From contig NC_091998.1 of NCBI RefSeq assembly GCF_044704955.1, positions 41,106,001 to 41,170,000 on the forward strand: a DNA stretch of 64,000 bases. Direction: 5' to 3'. Position 1 is the first letter of the stretch; each line of letters starts with the position of its first letter. The notes under the pieces are model-generated. The model was not told where the DNA came from and did no database searches. It worked only from the letters and a program-made list of their open reading frames with translations. The translations under genes and the position numbers were made by a program. Below are positions 48,586-62,145 of this stretch, in pieces. This DNA comes from Pristiophorus japonicus. Taxonomy: Eukaryota.

Positions 48586-48916
48586 GATCTATGGAACATT
48601 GCCAGTAACAATTTAAATTATTTTCTACACACTTCAGAGATGTACTTGGTCAATTAAGGTCTCCCTGTGTTTGACTGAAGAAGTCTATTAAAATATAGCT
48701 CCCTGCATCTGTAACACAAATGCCATTCAGAATCATTGTCATTAATGGACAATAAGATACGCCCTAGAGAATAATTCATTCCCTGTCACTGTTTTGGCTT
48801 TTGAAATCTTAATTATAACTGGCTCATTTTCAATAACTATTGAAAAGGCTATATTCCATTTGAATAATCAGAGCAGATCAAGTTATAGTGCTTCTTCATT
48901 TGAATGCACAAAGTCT

Positions 48917-51630
48917 AAGAACATAAGAAATGGGAGTGGGAGTAGACCAGTTAGCCCTCGAGCCTGCTCCGCCATTGAATGAGATCTTCTACTACAACTC
49001 CACTTGCCTACACTATCCCCAAATCCCTTGATCTAAACAAAGACAACTATGAAGGTATGAGGAATGAATTGGCTATGATAGATTGGGAAGATTCATTAAA
49101 AGGCATGACGGTGGATAGGCAATGGCTAATATTTAAGGATCAAATGCATGAATTGCAACAGTTATACATTCCTTTCTGGTGTAAAAACACAAAAGGAAAA
49201 GTGGCCCAACCATGGCTAACAAAATAAATTAAGGATAGTATTAGATCCAAAGAGGAGTTATACAAAGTTGCCAGAAAAAGTAGCAAGCCTGAGGATTGGG
49301 AGCAGTTTAGAATTCAGCAAAAAAAGGACCATGAGATTGATTAAGAGGAGAGAAATAGAGTATGAGAGTAAACTTGCAAGGAACATTAAAACCGACTGCA
49401 AAAGTGAAAAGAAAAAGATTAGTGAAGACAAACGTAGGTCCTTTACAAACAAAAACGGGAGAATTTATAATGGAGAACAAGGAAATGGCAGAACAATTAA
49501 ATAAATACTTTGGTTCTATCTTCACGGAAGAGAACACAAATAACGTCCCTGAAATGCTCAGGAACCAAGGGTCTAGTGAGCAAGAGGAATTAAAGGAAAT
49601 ATTATTGGTGAGAAAATAGTGCTGGAGAAACTAATGGAACCGAAGGCAGATGAATCCCCAGGGTTTGATGATCTGCATCTCAGAGTACTAAAAGAGGTAG
49701 CCATGAAAATAGTAGATGCATTGGTTGTCATCTTCCAAAATTCTATAGATTATGGAACAGTTCCTGCAGATTAGAGGGTGGTAAATGTAACCCCACTATA
49801 TAAAAAAGGAGGGAGGGAGAAAACGGGGAACTACAGACCGGTTAGCCTGACGTCAGTAGTAGGGAAAATGCTGGAGTCTATTATAAAGGATGTGATAACA
49901 GTACACTTAGATAATATCAACGGGATTAAACAAAGTCAACATGGATTTATGAAAAGAAAATCATGTTTGACAAACCTACTGGAGATTTTTGAGCATGTAA
50001 CTGATAGAATAGATAAGGGAGAACCAGTGGATGTAGTGTTTTGGATTTTCAGAAGGCCTTTGATACAGTCCCACATAAGAGGTTAGTGAGCAAAATTAAA
50101 GCACATAAGATTGGGGGCATGGATTGAAAATTGGTTAACTGACAGGAAACATGGAGTAGGAATAAACGGGTCTTTTTCGGGGTGGCGGGCAGTGACTAGT
50201 GGGGTACCACAGGGATCAGTGCTTGGGCCCCAGCTATTCACAATATATATAAATGATTTGGATGAGGGAACCAAATGTAATATTTCCAAGTTTGCTGATG
50301 ACACAAAACTAGGTGGGATTGTGAGTCGTAAGGAGGATGCAAAGACGCTGCAAGGTGATTTAGATAGGTTGAGTGAGTGGGCAAACACATGGCAGATGCA
50401 GTATAACATGGATAAAGGTGAAGTTATCCACTTTGGTAGGAAAAACATAAGGACAAAGTATTATTTAAATAGTGATGGCTTGGGAAGTCTCGATGTACAG
50501 AGGGACCTGGGTGTCCTTGTACACCAGTCATTGAAAGCAAATATGCAGGTGCAGCAAGCAATTAGGAAGGCAAATGGTATGTTGGGCTTCATTGCAAGAG
50601 GATTTGAGTACAGGAGCAAGGATGTCTTACTACAGTTATACAGGGCCTTGGTGATACCGCACCTGGAGTGTTGTGTGCAGTTTTGGTCTTCTTACCTAAG
50701 AAAGGATATACTTGCCATAGAGGGAGTGCAGTGAAGGTTCACCAGACTGATTCCTGGGATGGCAGGACTGTCGTATGAGGAGAGATTGGGTCGACTAGGC
50801 CTGTATTCACTGGAGTTTAGAAGAATGAGAGGGGATCTCATTGATACGTATAAAGTTCTGACTAGGTTGGATAGACTGGACACAGGGAGGATGTTTCCTC
50901 TGGTTGGGAAGTCTAGAACAAGGGGTCACAGTCTCAGGATACGGGGTAGGAAATTTAGGACCGAGATGAGGAGAAATGTTTTCACTCAGAGGGTCGTGAA
51001 CCCGTGAAATTCTCTGCCACAGAAGGCTGTGGAGGCCAAGTCAATGAATATATTTAAGAGGGAGATAGATAGATTTCTAGAAACAAAAGGCATCAAATGG
51101 TATGGGGAAAAAGCGGGAATATGGTGTTGAGATAATCAGCCATGATCATATTGATGGCGGTACAGACTCGAAAGGCTGAATGGCCTACTACTGGTCCTAT
51201 TTTCTATGTTTCCCTTAATATTCAAAAACATATCGATCTCTGTCTTGATTCTACTCAATGACTGAGCTTCCACAGCCCTCTGGGGTAGAGAATTCCAAAG
51301 ATTCACAAGCCTCTTAGTGAAGAAATTTCTCCTCATCTCAGTCCTAAATGACCGACCTCTTATTCTAAGACTGTGACACCTGGTTCTGGACTCCCAGCCA
51401 GGGGAAGCATCCTCTCTGCATCTACCCTGTCAAGACCTGTAAGATTTTTGCATGTTTCAATGAGATCACCTCTTATTCTTCTAAACTCTAGAGAATATAG
51501 GCCTAAACTACTCAACCTCTCCTCATGTGACAATACTCCCATCCCAGGAATCAGTCTGGTGAACCTTTGTTGCACTCCCAAAATTGTACACCAGGTCTCA
51601 CCAGGGCCCTATAAAATTGCAGTAAGACGT
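48917..51630 (-). mobile_element. CR1 3' fragment split by a younger CR1 (pieces ~48917-49032 and ~51211-51630)
   Basis: ATCCCTTGAT | TCCCTTAATATTCAA is contiguous in the unsplit copy at ~41.6 kb. Confidence 0.88.
49033..51210 (+). mobile_element. 5'-truncated CR1 ORF2 nested in an opposite-strand CR1
   Basis: [23 protein letters not shown]; TTTCTATG tail at ~51205. Confidence 0.96.
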
Positions 51631-51714
51631 ACTCAGTAAGCATACTGACAGTGTGGTTTCATGTTAATCAATTGTTGTCACTTGCAATGATTATGCCACA
51701 ATTAATTATCCTTC

Positions 51715-52140
51715 ACTGTCTACTGAACCCATCCTTGACTCCTTTGTCCTTGCAAACTACCGCCCCATCTCCAACCTCTCTTTGCTCTCCAAAGTTCTTT
51801 GAGCATGTTGTCACCTCCCAAATCCGCCTCCAACTTTCCTGCAACTCCATATTTGAACCCCTCCCATCAGGTTTCTGCCCCTGCCGCAGCACTGAAACGG
51901 CCCTGATCAAAGGCACAAATTACATCCCATGTGACCGTTTGCAGATGACACGAAACCTGGAAATGTGGTAAAAACTGAGGAGGATAGTAACTGATTTCAG
52001 GAGGACAGACAAATTGGTGAAATGGGCAGACACATGGCAGATGAAATTTAACACAGAGAAGCATGAAGAGATTCATTTTGGTAGGAAGAATGAGGAGAGG
52101 CAATATAAACTAAATGGTACATTTTAAAGGGGCTGCAGGA
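51715..52140 (+). mobile_element. L2 RT fragment (~51715-51935) followed by an old CR1 RT fragment
   Basis: SGFCPCRSTETALIK; FADDT-like sequence and WADTWQMKFNTEK. Confidence 0.7.
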
Positions 52141-52145
52141 ACAGT

Positions 52146-52742
52146 GGGCTAGAAGTTCCCCAGCCAGTTTTTTGATAAAAAAAGTAATTTTTGTGAAGAA
52201 GTAAGAATAAAAATTTTGCCATTTTTTAATGGGGTAAATTTGGCCACAAAATACGCCTGTCGTTAAAAAACGTTGTTGCACGAGGATTCGCGGCTGAAAC
52301 CGCGATCTCGACAACTTTAGTCCAAGGCCTATCAACACCAAAAATGCAGGCCCAGGGAGGGGAGAAAACCCACACAAAAAAAATTGCAAAAAACAAAAAA
52401 ATCAAAAATCACTCAACATTTTCAAGACCTTTAACTAAGTAATCGTTGCAAAAGAATTAAAAAATAAAAACTTTAACTTACCTTTTTTGCAGGTCTTCAT
52501 ACTTACCGATGTTTCTGAGGCTGCAACGTCTGCTTTTCTCATGTGTTTTTTTTTCACCTGAGTACAGGTTTGCCGAATGGCCAAATTTAGACGGTGCGAT
52601 ATCTTTTCGCCTTGCATCATGGCGATCCTCTTTTTGGTGATATTTTGAAAATGCCATTCTTAAACTTTGTGGAATTTTGTGCACTTGGTTTTAAGAACAA
52701 AAAAGCAGTTTTTTTCACTTTAGGCTGGCTAATTTCTAGCCC
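52146..52742. mobile_element. Harbinger-type MITE
   Basis: TIRs GGGCTAGAAGTT / AATTTCTAGCCC; flanks AGT/AGA. Confidence 0.78.
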
Positions 52743-52789
52743 AGAAAGATCTAGTACCTCCTTATGTGGCTCGGTGTTAAATTTTGTTT

Positions 52790-52866
52790 GACAACGCTCC
52801 TGTGAAAGGCCTTAGGAAGTTTTACTACATTAAAGACGCTATATAAATGCAAGTTGTTGTTGTTGT
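52790..52866 (+). mobile_element. L2-like 3' tail
   Basis: GCTCCTGTGAA...CGCTATATAAATGCAAGTTGTTGTTG. Confidence 0.7.
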
Positions 52867-53347
52867 ATATGCTATTATATACATCAACGGCATGGAGCAT
52901 GCTAGTCATCTTCCCCTGGAGCTACTGTCAGCCAGAAAAACAGATCCAAAGTAGAACAAAACCGTTCCCTTGAACTGTACAGAATTGATTATCTAAAATA
53001 ATACATACTCTGAAGTGATTTCAAGACTATAATCTCATTACATGGCTCCTGCTGCCATCTTCATCTATCATCGGAATAATGTTCTCATGCTCCCTGGTTT
53101 CCATCATTTTCTGTGTCCATAGTGAACAAATCAGATATGTTTTTGTAGAGAAAAATAATCTGAATCTCTGATACAAAAAATAAACAATAGAAAAAAAATG
53201 AACATTTAATTTTGGAATGTTAATGTTATTGGTTTCATAACGCCATCAAGACGATTTGATCCATTGTAACATCGGGCATTGCAGATTGAAGGAGTTTTTC
53301 TGACATCAATAAAACAATAAGGAATGGCCTGCACTTTTATATGGTGT

Positions 53348-53482
53348 ATGGTGTATGGTGAGAAAGCAGGAATGGGGTACTGAAGTTGCATGTTCAGCCA
53401 TGAACTCATTGAATGGCGGTGCAGGCTAGAAGGGCCGAATGGCCTACTCCTGCACCTATTTTCTATGTTTCTATGTTTCTAT
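53348..53482 (+). mobile_element. Short CR1 3' end
   Basis: Matches 19442-19570 in reverse orientation; (TTTCTATG)3 tail. Confidence 0.9.
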
Positions 53483-53659
53483 GATCCATCGTTCATCCAT
53501 ACCAGCACAAGTGGAGAATCAATCCAAAAACGGAATCTTCTTCCTTATTGACCTAAAGCTGCTGTATTCATGCCACACATATATATTGGAAATATATCGG
53601 CGTTTCTTCATGCCCACACATTTTTGTGCACGCCCCTTAATTGGTAACTTGACAAGAGG

Positions 53660-53885
53660 AGCAGGCGCCTGGGAACACCATCAGGTTTCTCTCCAAGTTA
53701 CACACCATCCTGACTTGGAAATATATTGCCATTCCTTCATCGTCGCCGGGTTAAAATCTTGGAACTCCCTCCCTAACCTCACGGACTGCAGCAGTTCAAC
53801 CACCGCCTTCTCAAGCCCAATTAGGGATGGGCAATAAATGCTGGCCTTGCCAGCGATGCTCAAATCCCATGAATGAATAACTAAA
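53660..53885 (+). mobile_element. 3' fragment of the second LINE-like family
   Basis: GGGCAATAAATGCTGGCCTTGCCAGCG...ATGAATGAATAA. Confidence 0.72.
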
Positions 53886-53999
53886 AACCTCTAAGCCTCC
53901 TAGTTATTTTGCCAAGCGACTGAATTTAATGGTCATTTCTGTTATACTGGAATTGCTAAATAATCATCATGAACATCTGGCTGCCTGCTTTTCACCGTC

Positions 54000-54480
54000 T
54001 AGGACCATTGAATATAAAATAAAGAGCACACTATACCTATATAAGGCCTTGGTATGACTGCAACTGGGAGTATTGTGCTCAGTTTTGGTCCCTGCACTTG
54101 GGGAGAGAAGCTGAGGCGCTGAAGAAAATGACAACTCGCTTTCAGGCTCTTACTTATGAGGATTGTCTCCAAAGATCAGGACCATTTACTTTAGATAAAC
54201 AGATAGAGAGGGAAAAAGGTTGTGGTTTTTAAAATGTTGAAGGGATTGAATTTAGTCAAGTTGGATATGTATTTGCAGTAGATAGAGATGGCAAGACATA
54301 ACAGCATGCACATAAAATCCTTAGATAAACTGGAAACCAGGAAGTATTTCTTTTCACAGAGAGTCAGACTCTGGAACAGACAAGGGAAACATGCAGTGGA
54401 TATAAATTCATTACACTCCTTTAAAAGGCAACTTGACAAGTTCCTGAGTGAAGAAGACATATTCAGATATAGACGGTAAG
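54000..54480 (+). mobile_element. Ancient CR1 3' remnant
   Basis: RKYFFSQRVRLWN...SLHSFKRQLDKFL. Confidence 0.75.
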
Positions 54481-55574
54481 TTATTAGCTGAAATGATGAT
54501 GGCTAATGAGTAATCGCAGTCTTCTGGAATATTGCTTGATTGATTTACGGGTTCAGAGAGGAATTTCCCTGAGGTTTTCCTGAATTCATCACAGTTTTTC
54601 TTTTGTTTTTCCCAGGAAATTGGTAAATTAGTGGATAAATGATGTACCTAGATGAGTCTCATGGTCTTTTCCAGTCCTCCTTTCCATATGCAGGTTATGC
54701 AATTGTACAATGCTCTCAAAGATCAATAAAAAGTAGCATATCTTCTCATGAAGTGCTTAGTTCTTCTCTGCATTTGAGCTGAATATTTTAACAGTGAATT
54801 GCTTAAAACAGACAGACCAACAATTGCAGAGGATTCGCCAAGAAGAGTGACAGGCTTCAAAATGTAGAATGCAAAAAAACAGCAAACATGTTGCAACACT
54901 GCAACCCAGAAGGAATCTCTTGTGTAACATTCAAGAGACTCTTAATTGCTCACAGCAGCTCCCAGTCACAGATGGGAAGAATATCACATTTGCATCCAAT
55001 CAGCTCGTCACAGCAGGCATCAGAACAGGGAATATAATTGAATTTGACGGCTGCAATATTATACTTACATACAGCCTGCGCAATGCAACACTGAAGTGAA
55101 GCAGCATTACACCATCTTTAGTCTCGGGCCTTTAAGTAAGATTAACATCTGGACTTGTTGTGAAATATGGTAGCTCATAAGAACAAAGCCCTATTATTGT
55201 ATCACCAGGATAAGTATGCAGAAGTGGTGTCTTTTTATTATAAACTACAAAAACTTAGGAACATTGTGAGCTTTGCACGTAATCTGACAAAGCAAGTCTT
55301 GATCCACCATGAGTAAAAAGACTTTTTGGATGTCATCAGAACAAAGTACGTCAAAAATCATGACAATACTCAAAGGTTAATTAAAGCATTAAATGCTATC
55401 AAAATGGTACTTGCATATCAATTACTATAAAATTGCTTCTGTAAATGCCAGTGAACTGTAAAAGCATCTCCCAAAGTAGTATGCAAAATGGGGCTTGAAG
55501 ATCACAATTATTTCTCGGATTGTAATAGAAGTCCATTTAACCCCTTGTCCTCCCTGCTACACACACACACATCC

Positions 55575-56890
55575 CTCCCTTTCAAAACCGCTGACATCAC
55601 CCACTTCCTCAAAAAAATCACCCTCAATCACTCTGTCCTTGCAAATTATCACCCCATCTTTAACCTCCCTTTCCCCTCCGTAGTCCTTGAATGTGTTGTC
55701 ACCTCCCAAATTCATGCAGAACTTTCCTACACCTCTGTTAGAATCTCACCCATCAAGTTTCCACCCTGCCACAGCCATAAGCAAAGTCACAAATTACATT
55801 CTCTCTGACTGTGGCACCCTCCTTGACCTCTCTGTAGCCTTCGACATGGAAGATCACACCATCCTCCTATCCTCCACTGTCCACTTGAGTGGGACTCTTC
55901 CCTATCCAGTCGTAGCCAGAACATTTCCAGAAATGGCTTCACTTCCTACTTCTGCACCCTTTAATTATACTTGAGCACCTCCTCTTCCTCATCCACATGC
56001 TGCCTCTTGCCGACATCATCTGCAGACATGGGATCACTTTCCACATTGCCTTTCCCTTTCTACTCCCGCTTCCCATCACCTCTCTCGACCCCTCCACTAC
56101 TTCTGCTTTCTCAGGCGGCTGGTCCAACATCCGCTCCTGAATGAACCATAATTTCTTCCAGCTAAACATTGGGAAGATCGAAGCCATCGCCTTCAGCCCC
56201 TGCCACAAACTCGAACCCTTTCCATTGATTCCATCCTATGGCCTGGCCACTATAGCAGGCTGGATCAAACTGTTTGAAACCTCAGCATCCTATTGGACCC
56301 TGAGCTCAGCTTCCAACGCCATATCCTTTCCATCACAATGTACACCTATTAACATCTCCTGTCTTCACCCCACTTCAACCAAATTAAAATCTCATCCATC
56401 CTTTTATCAGGGTGTAGGAAATCTGTGTTGACTATTTCAATGTTCTCCAGCTCCCTCATCCGCGGACTTCTACTTAAACAAACATCTGCTGCTTGAGTCC
56501 AATCCCACACCACCTCCGACTCATCCATCCCCCCCTGTCCTTGCTGACTTATATTGGCTCCCGATCTACTAAAGCATTCAATTTAAAATTCTCATCCTCG
56601 TGTTTAAATCCTTCCATGGCCTTGTCCCTCCTTATCTATGCAATCTCCATACTCTCCATGCCTTAGACTCTAGCCTCCTTAGCACCCATCCCCTTCACCT
56701 CACCAAATGTGGTCGTATCTTCAGCTGCCTAGGCCCCACACTGTGGTATTCCTTCCTTAAACCCCATTTCGCCACCTCCCTCACCTTGTTACAACCCACC
56801 TTGTGGTCACCCCTCCTAGGATCTCCCTCTTTAATTCAGCATCAAATTTTTGATTACGCTTCTGCAAACTGCTTTGGAACAGTTTATGTG
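55575..56890 (+). mobile_element. Degraded L2 LINE RT/3' region
   Basis: NYHPIFNLPF, LLDLSVAFD, QLNIGKIEAI, FKSFHGLVPPYL. Confidence 0.82.
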
Positions 56891-56903
56891 ATAAAGACAC
56901 AAT

Positions 56904-57255
56904 GGCCTGGAAATTGCGGATGCGGTGGATCTGTAAAGGCGAACCTTAACAGATCGCAAGTTCTGGGGTTTCGCACATGGGCACATTGCATGCGGAAACT
57001 GGAACTTGCAGGCCCATTCATAGCACTTCAAACGGCGTACTTGTGCGTATGCCGTCATAGGCCCGGTTTTTACAGGGCCTATGTAAATGCATGTTGTTGG
57101 TATTTGTGGGAATGGTCAGTGAGTGACAGAAGGGGTTCTACGGCGATCGAGGTGCGCGCTGAGGGAGGGCTGGAGATTGCCACGTGGTGCATGATCGGGG
57201 GAGTGGGGCTTGGGAAGCACAAGGACTCATTGAGGGCCTAGGGTAAGCAGTCCTG
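56904..57255. mobile_element. One-ended MITE fragment
   Basis: Starts GGCCTGGAAATTGCGG, similar to the 5127 TIR; no right end seen. Confidence 0.5.
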
Positions 57256-57404
57256 CAATGGTGCAATGATGGGTTTTTAAGTCACTCTTTGGTTAATGAG
57301 GGAGACATAAACAAGGCTGTTTACAGTGAGGGCTATGGTATATCAAAAGTTTGTCGAAACTGGTGTAATATTTGAGAAATCACAACAGTTACATCATTGA
57401 GCAT

Positions 57405-57725
57405 TTTTTTTTTATTCATTCCGGGATGTGGGCATCGCTGGCAAGGCCAGCATTTATTGGCCATCCCTAATTGCCCTTGAGAAGGTGGTGGTGAGCTGTC
57501 TTCTTGAACCGCTGTAGTCCGTGTGGTGAAGGTGCTCCCACAGTGCAGTTATGGAGGGAGTTCCAGGATTCTAGATCCAGCGACGATGAAGGAACAGACG
57601 ATATATTTACAAGTCAGAGTGATGTGTAACTTGGAAGGGAACTTGCAGGTGATGGTGTTCCCATGAGCCTGCTGCCCTTGTCCTTCTAGGTGATCATGGG
57701 TTTGAGTAGTGCTGCCAAAGAAGCT
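57405..57725 (-). mobile_element. 3' fragment of the second LINE-like family
   Basis: Reverse complement of the 53660 and 22783 sequence. Confidence 0.75.
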
Positions 57726-58370
57726 GTGGTAGATATGAAGAAGCCATGATGGATATGACATATTTGAGAGTATTATGATAGGATTATAAATAATATAGCA
57801 AAAACATTACAGTAGGAGTGTGATGTGTTCGATAGCATTCCAGTGAATAGCATCAAACAGTGATCCGGAAAGTAGTACGGTATACCAGCATTTATTGTGA
57901 CAGCCTTAGTTTACAGAAGCGAGCAATGCCAAAGAACACATTTCTAATGAAAAGAAGCAAACACATTATTTAAAAGTTTCATGTAAAAGGGATCAGCTCA
58001 AATTATGAATCAGGTGAAATCATTTCGACCAGGACTTATCTTTGAATTATCAGTTAAGTCGTCTCCAAATCACTCTCATATCAGTTTAATGTAAATTTTC
58101 CATTGGGCAATGTTAATTTTTTTTTAATGTTTTTAGTAACTTGATCTGTGCTTTGAAGATTATCAACACAGATTTCCTACATTATCCTCAGTTTCCAGGT
58201 TGGCATTCGGTCACAATTATGAAAACGATACTGAGATATTGAATAGAAAATCCCACAAGATTTTAGCAGATCTTCAAATGAAAATTGTAACCAAACTCCA
58301 ACATGACCTCTAAGATCTTGTGGAATGTCCTGCTCATCTTTTCAGGACTTGACATTGGGGTTAAAGATGT

Positions 58371-58652
58371 TAGCTGTGGCTCAGTGGGTAGCACTCCCTC
58401 CTCTCAGTCAGAAGGTTGTAGGTTCAAGTCCCACTCTGGAGACTCAAGTACATAAATCTAAGCTGACACTCCAAGGCAGTATTGAGGGAGTGCTGCACTG
58501 TCGGACGTGCCATCTTTTGGAGGAGATATTAAACTGAGGCCCGGTCTGCCCTCTCGGGTGGACGTAAAGGTTCCCGTAGCATTGTCTTGAAGAAGAGCAG
58601 GTGAGTTAACCCTGGTGTTCTGGGCCAATATTTATCACTCAATCAACATCAC
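58371..58652 (+). mobile_element. DeuSINE 5' half, cut by a CR1
   Basis: A/B boxes and Deu domain; ends at ATCAACATCACT where the CR1 tail begins. Confidence 0.88.
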
Positions 58653-59240
58653 TAGAAACATAGAAATTAGGTGCAGGAGCAGGCCATTCGGCCCTTCGAG
58701 CCTGCCCCGCCATTCAATAAGATCATGGCTGATCAGTCAACCTCAGTTCCCCTTTCCTGCTTTATCTCCATACCCCTTGATCCCTTTGGCCGTAAGGGCC
58801 ATATCTAACTCACTCTTGAATATATCTAACGAACTGGCCTGAACAACTTTCTGCGGTAGAGAATTCCACAGGTTAACCACTCTCTGAGTGAAGAAGTTTC
58901 TCCTCATCTTGGTCCTAAATGGCTTACCCTTTATTTTTAGACTGTGACCCCTGGTTCTGGAACTCCCCAGCAACAGGAACATTCTTCCTGCATCTAATCT
59001 GTTCAATCCCGTCGGAATTTTATATGTTTCTATAAGATACCCTCTCATTCTTCTAAACTCCAGTGGATATAAGTCCAGTTGATCCAGTCTTTCATCATTT
59101 GTCAGTCCTGCCATCCCAGGAATCAGTCTGGTGAACCTTCGCTGTACTCCCTCAATAGAAAGAATGTCCTTTCTCAGATTAGGAGATCACAACTGAACAC
59201 AATATTCCAGGTATGGCCTCATCAAGGCTCTGTACAACTG
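58653..59240 (-). mobile_element. CR1 3' segment
   Basis: LQLYRALMRPYLEYCVQL through to the tail. Confidence 0.95.
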
Positions 59241-62045
59241 CAGGGTCAAGGATGTCTGCAGCGGGTGCAGGACATTTTGAAGGGGGAGGGTGACCAGCCA
59301 GTTGTCGTGGTGCAGATAGGTACCAACGATATCGGTAAAAAAACGGGATGAGATCCTACAAGTTGAATTTAGGGAGCTAGGAGTCAAATTAAAAAGTAGG
59401 ACCTCAAAAGTAGCAATCTCAGGATTGCTACCAGTGCCACGTGCTAGTCAGAGTAGGAATCGCAGGATAGCTCAGATGAATACGTGGCTTGAGAAGTGGT
59501 GCTGAAGGGAGGGATTCAAATTCCTCGGACATTGGAACCGGTTCGGGGGGAGGTGGGACCAGTACAAACCGTACGGTCTGCACCTAGGCAGGACCGGAAC
59601 CAATATCCAAAGGGGAGTGTTTGCTAGTGCTGTTGGAGAGGGGTTAAACTAATATGGCAGGGGAATGGGAACCTATGCAGGGAGACAGAGGGAAGTAAAA
59701 TAGGGGCAGAAGCAAAAGATAGAAAGAAGAAAAGTAAAAGTGGAGGACAGAGAAACCCAAGGCAAAAATCAAAAAGGGCCACATTGCAGCAAAATTCTAA
59801 AAGGGCAATGTGTGTTAAAAAGACAAGCCTGAAGCCTTTGTGCCTCAATGCGAGGAGCATTCGTAATAAGATGGACGAATTAACTGCACAGGCAGCAAAG
59901 AATGAATATGATATAATTGGCATCACGGAGACATGGCTCCAGGGTGACCAAGGCTGGGAACTCAACATCCAGGAAAGATAGACAGAAAGGAAAAGGAGGT
60001 GGGGTAGCGTTGCTGGTTAAAGAGGAAATTAACGCAATAGTAAGGAAGGACATTGGTTTGGATGATGTGGAATCTGTATGGGTGGAGCTGCGGAATATAA
60101 AAGGGCAGAAAACGCTAGTGGGAGTTGTGTACAGACCTCCAAACAGAAGTAGTGAGGTTGGGGACAGCAACAAACAAGAAATTAGGGATGCATGCAATAA
60201 AGGTACAGCAGTTATCATAGGCGACTTTAATCGACATATAGATTGGGCTAACCAAACTGGTAGCAATACGGTGGAGGAGGATTTCCTGGAGTGTATTAGG
60301 GATGGTTTTCTGGACCAATATGTCAAGGAACCAACTAGAGGGCTGGCCATCCTAGACTGGGTGATGTGTAATGAGAAAGGACTAATTAGCAATCTTGCTT
60401 TGCGAGGCCCCTTGGGGAAGAGTGACCATAATATAAAAGAATTCTTTATTAAGATGGAAAGTGACACAGTTAATTCAGAGGCGAGAGTCCTGAACTTAAG
60501 GAAAGGTAACTTCGATGGTATGAGACGTGAATTGACTAGAATAGACTGGCAAATGATACTTAAAGCGTTGACGGTGGATAGGCAATAGCAAACATTTAAA
60601 GATCACATCGATGAACTTCAACAATTGTACATCCCTGTCTGAAGTAAAAATAAAACGGGGAAGGTGGCTCAACCGTGGCTAACAAGGGAAATTAAGGATA
60701 GTGTTAAATCCAAGGAAGAGGCATATAAATTGGCCAGAAAAAGCAGCAAACCTGAGGACTGGGAGAAACTCAGAATTCAGCAGAGGAGGACAAAGGGTTC
60801 AATTAGGAGGTGGAAAATAGAGTATGAGAGGAAGCTTGCAGGGAACATAAAAACTGACTGCAAAAGCTTCCATAGATATGTGAAGAGAAAAAGATTAGTG
60901 AAGACAAATGTAGGTCCCTTGCAGTCAGATTCAGGTGAATTTATAATGGGGCACAAAGAAATGGCAGACCAGTTGAACAAATACTTTGGTTCTGTCTTCA
61001 CGAAGGAAGACACAAATAAGCTCCCAGAAGTACTAGGGGACCGAGGGTCTAGTGAGAAGAAAGAACTGAAGGATATACTTATTAGGCGGGAAATTGGGGG
61101 AGGGAAATTGATGGGATTGAAGGCCGATAAATCCCCAGGGCCTGATAGGCTGCATCCCAGAGTACTTAGGAAAGTGGCCCGAGAAATAGTGGATGCATTC
61201 GTAATCATTTTCCAACAGTCTTATCGACTCTGGATTAGTTCCTATGGACTGGAGGATAGATAATGTAACACCACTTTTTGAGAAAGGAGGGAGAGAGAAA
61301 ATGGGTAATTATAGACCGGTTAGCCTGACCTCAGTAGTGGGGAAAATGTGGGAATCAATTATTAAAGATGAAATAACAACACATTTGGAAAGCAGTAATA
61401 TGATCGGTCCAAGTCAGCATGGATTTATGAAAGGGAAATCATGCTTGACAAATCTTCTGGAATTTTTGGGGGATGTAACTAGTAGAGTGGACAAGGGAGA
61501 ACCAGTGGAAGTGGTGTATTTGGACTTTCAAAAGGCTTTTGACAAGTTCCCACACAAGAGATTGGTGTGCAAAATTAAAGCATATGGTATTGGGGGTAAT
61601 GTGTACTGGTTGGCAGACAGGAAGCAGAGCGTCGGGATTAACGGGTCCTTTTCAGAATGGCAGGCAGTAACTAGTGGGGTGTTGCAGGGCTCAGTGCTAG
61701 GATCCCAGCTATTTACAATATACATTAATGATTTAGATGAAAGAATTGAGTGTAATATCTCCAAGTTTGCGGATGACACTAAACTGGGTGGCGGTGTGAG
61801 CTGTGAGGAGGACGCTAAGAGGCTGCAGAGTGACTTGGACAGGTTAGGTGAGTGGGCAAATGCAGGGCAGATGCAGTATAATGTGGATAAATGTGATATC
61901 CATTTTGGGGGCAAAAACACGAAGGCAGAATATTATCTGAATGGCGGCAGATTAGGAAAAAGGGAATTTCATCGAGACCTGGGTGTCATGGTTCATCAAT
62001 CATTGAAAGTTGGCATGCAGTTACAGCAGGTGGTGAAGAAGGCAT
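59241..62045 (+). mobile_element. CR1 ORF1 esterase end plus ORF2 EN-RT, lacking its 3' end (same subfamily as 23194-26855)
   Basis: VVVVQIGTNDIG, LNARSIRNK, GDFN, FADDTK; stops at QQVVKKA. Confidence 0.96.
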
Positions 62046-62145
62046 AAACGGGTCCTTTTCAGACAGTGACTAGTGGGGTGTCGCAGGGCTCAGTGCTGGG
62101 ACCCCAGCTATTTACAATATACATTAATGATTTAGATGAAAGAAT

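Noticed and set aside
53010-53170. HENIIPM resembling kinase subdomain IV
   Set aside because: Single short motif; no other kinase motifs found nearby
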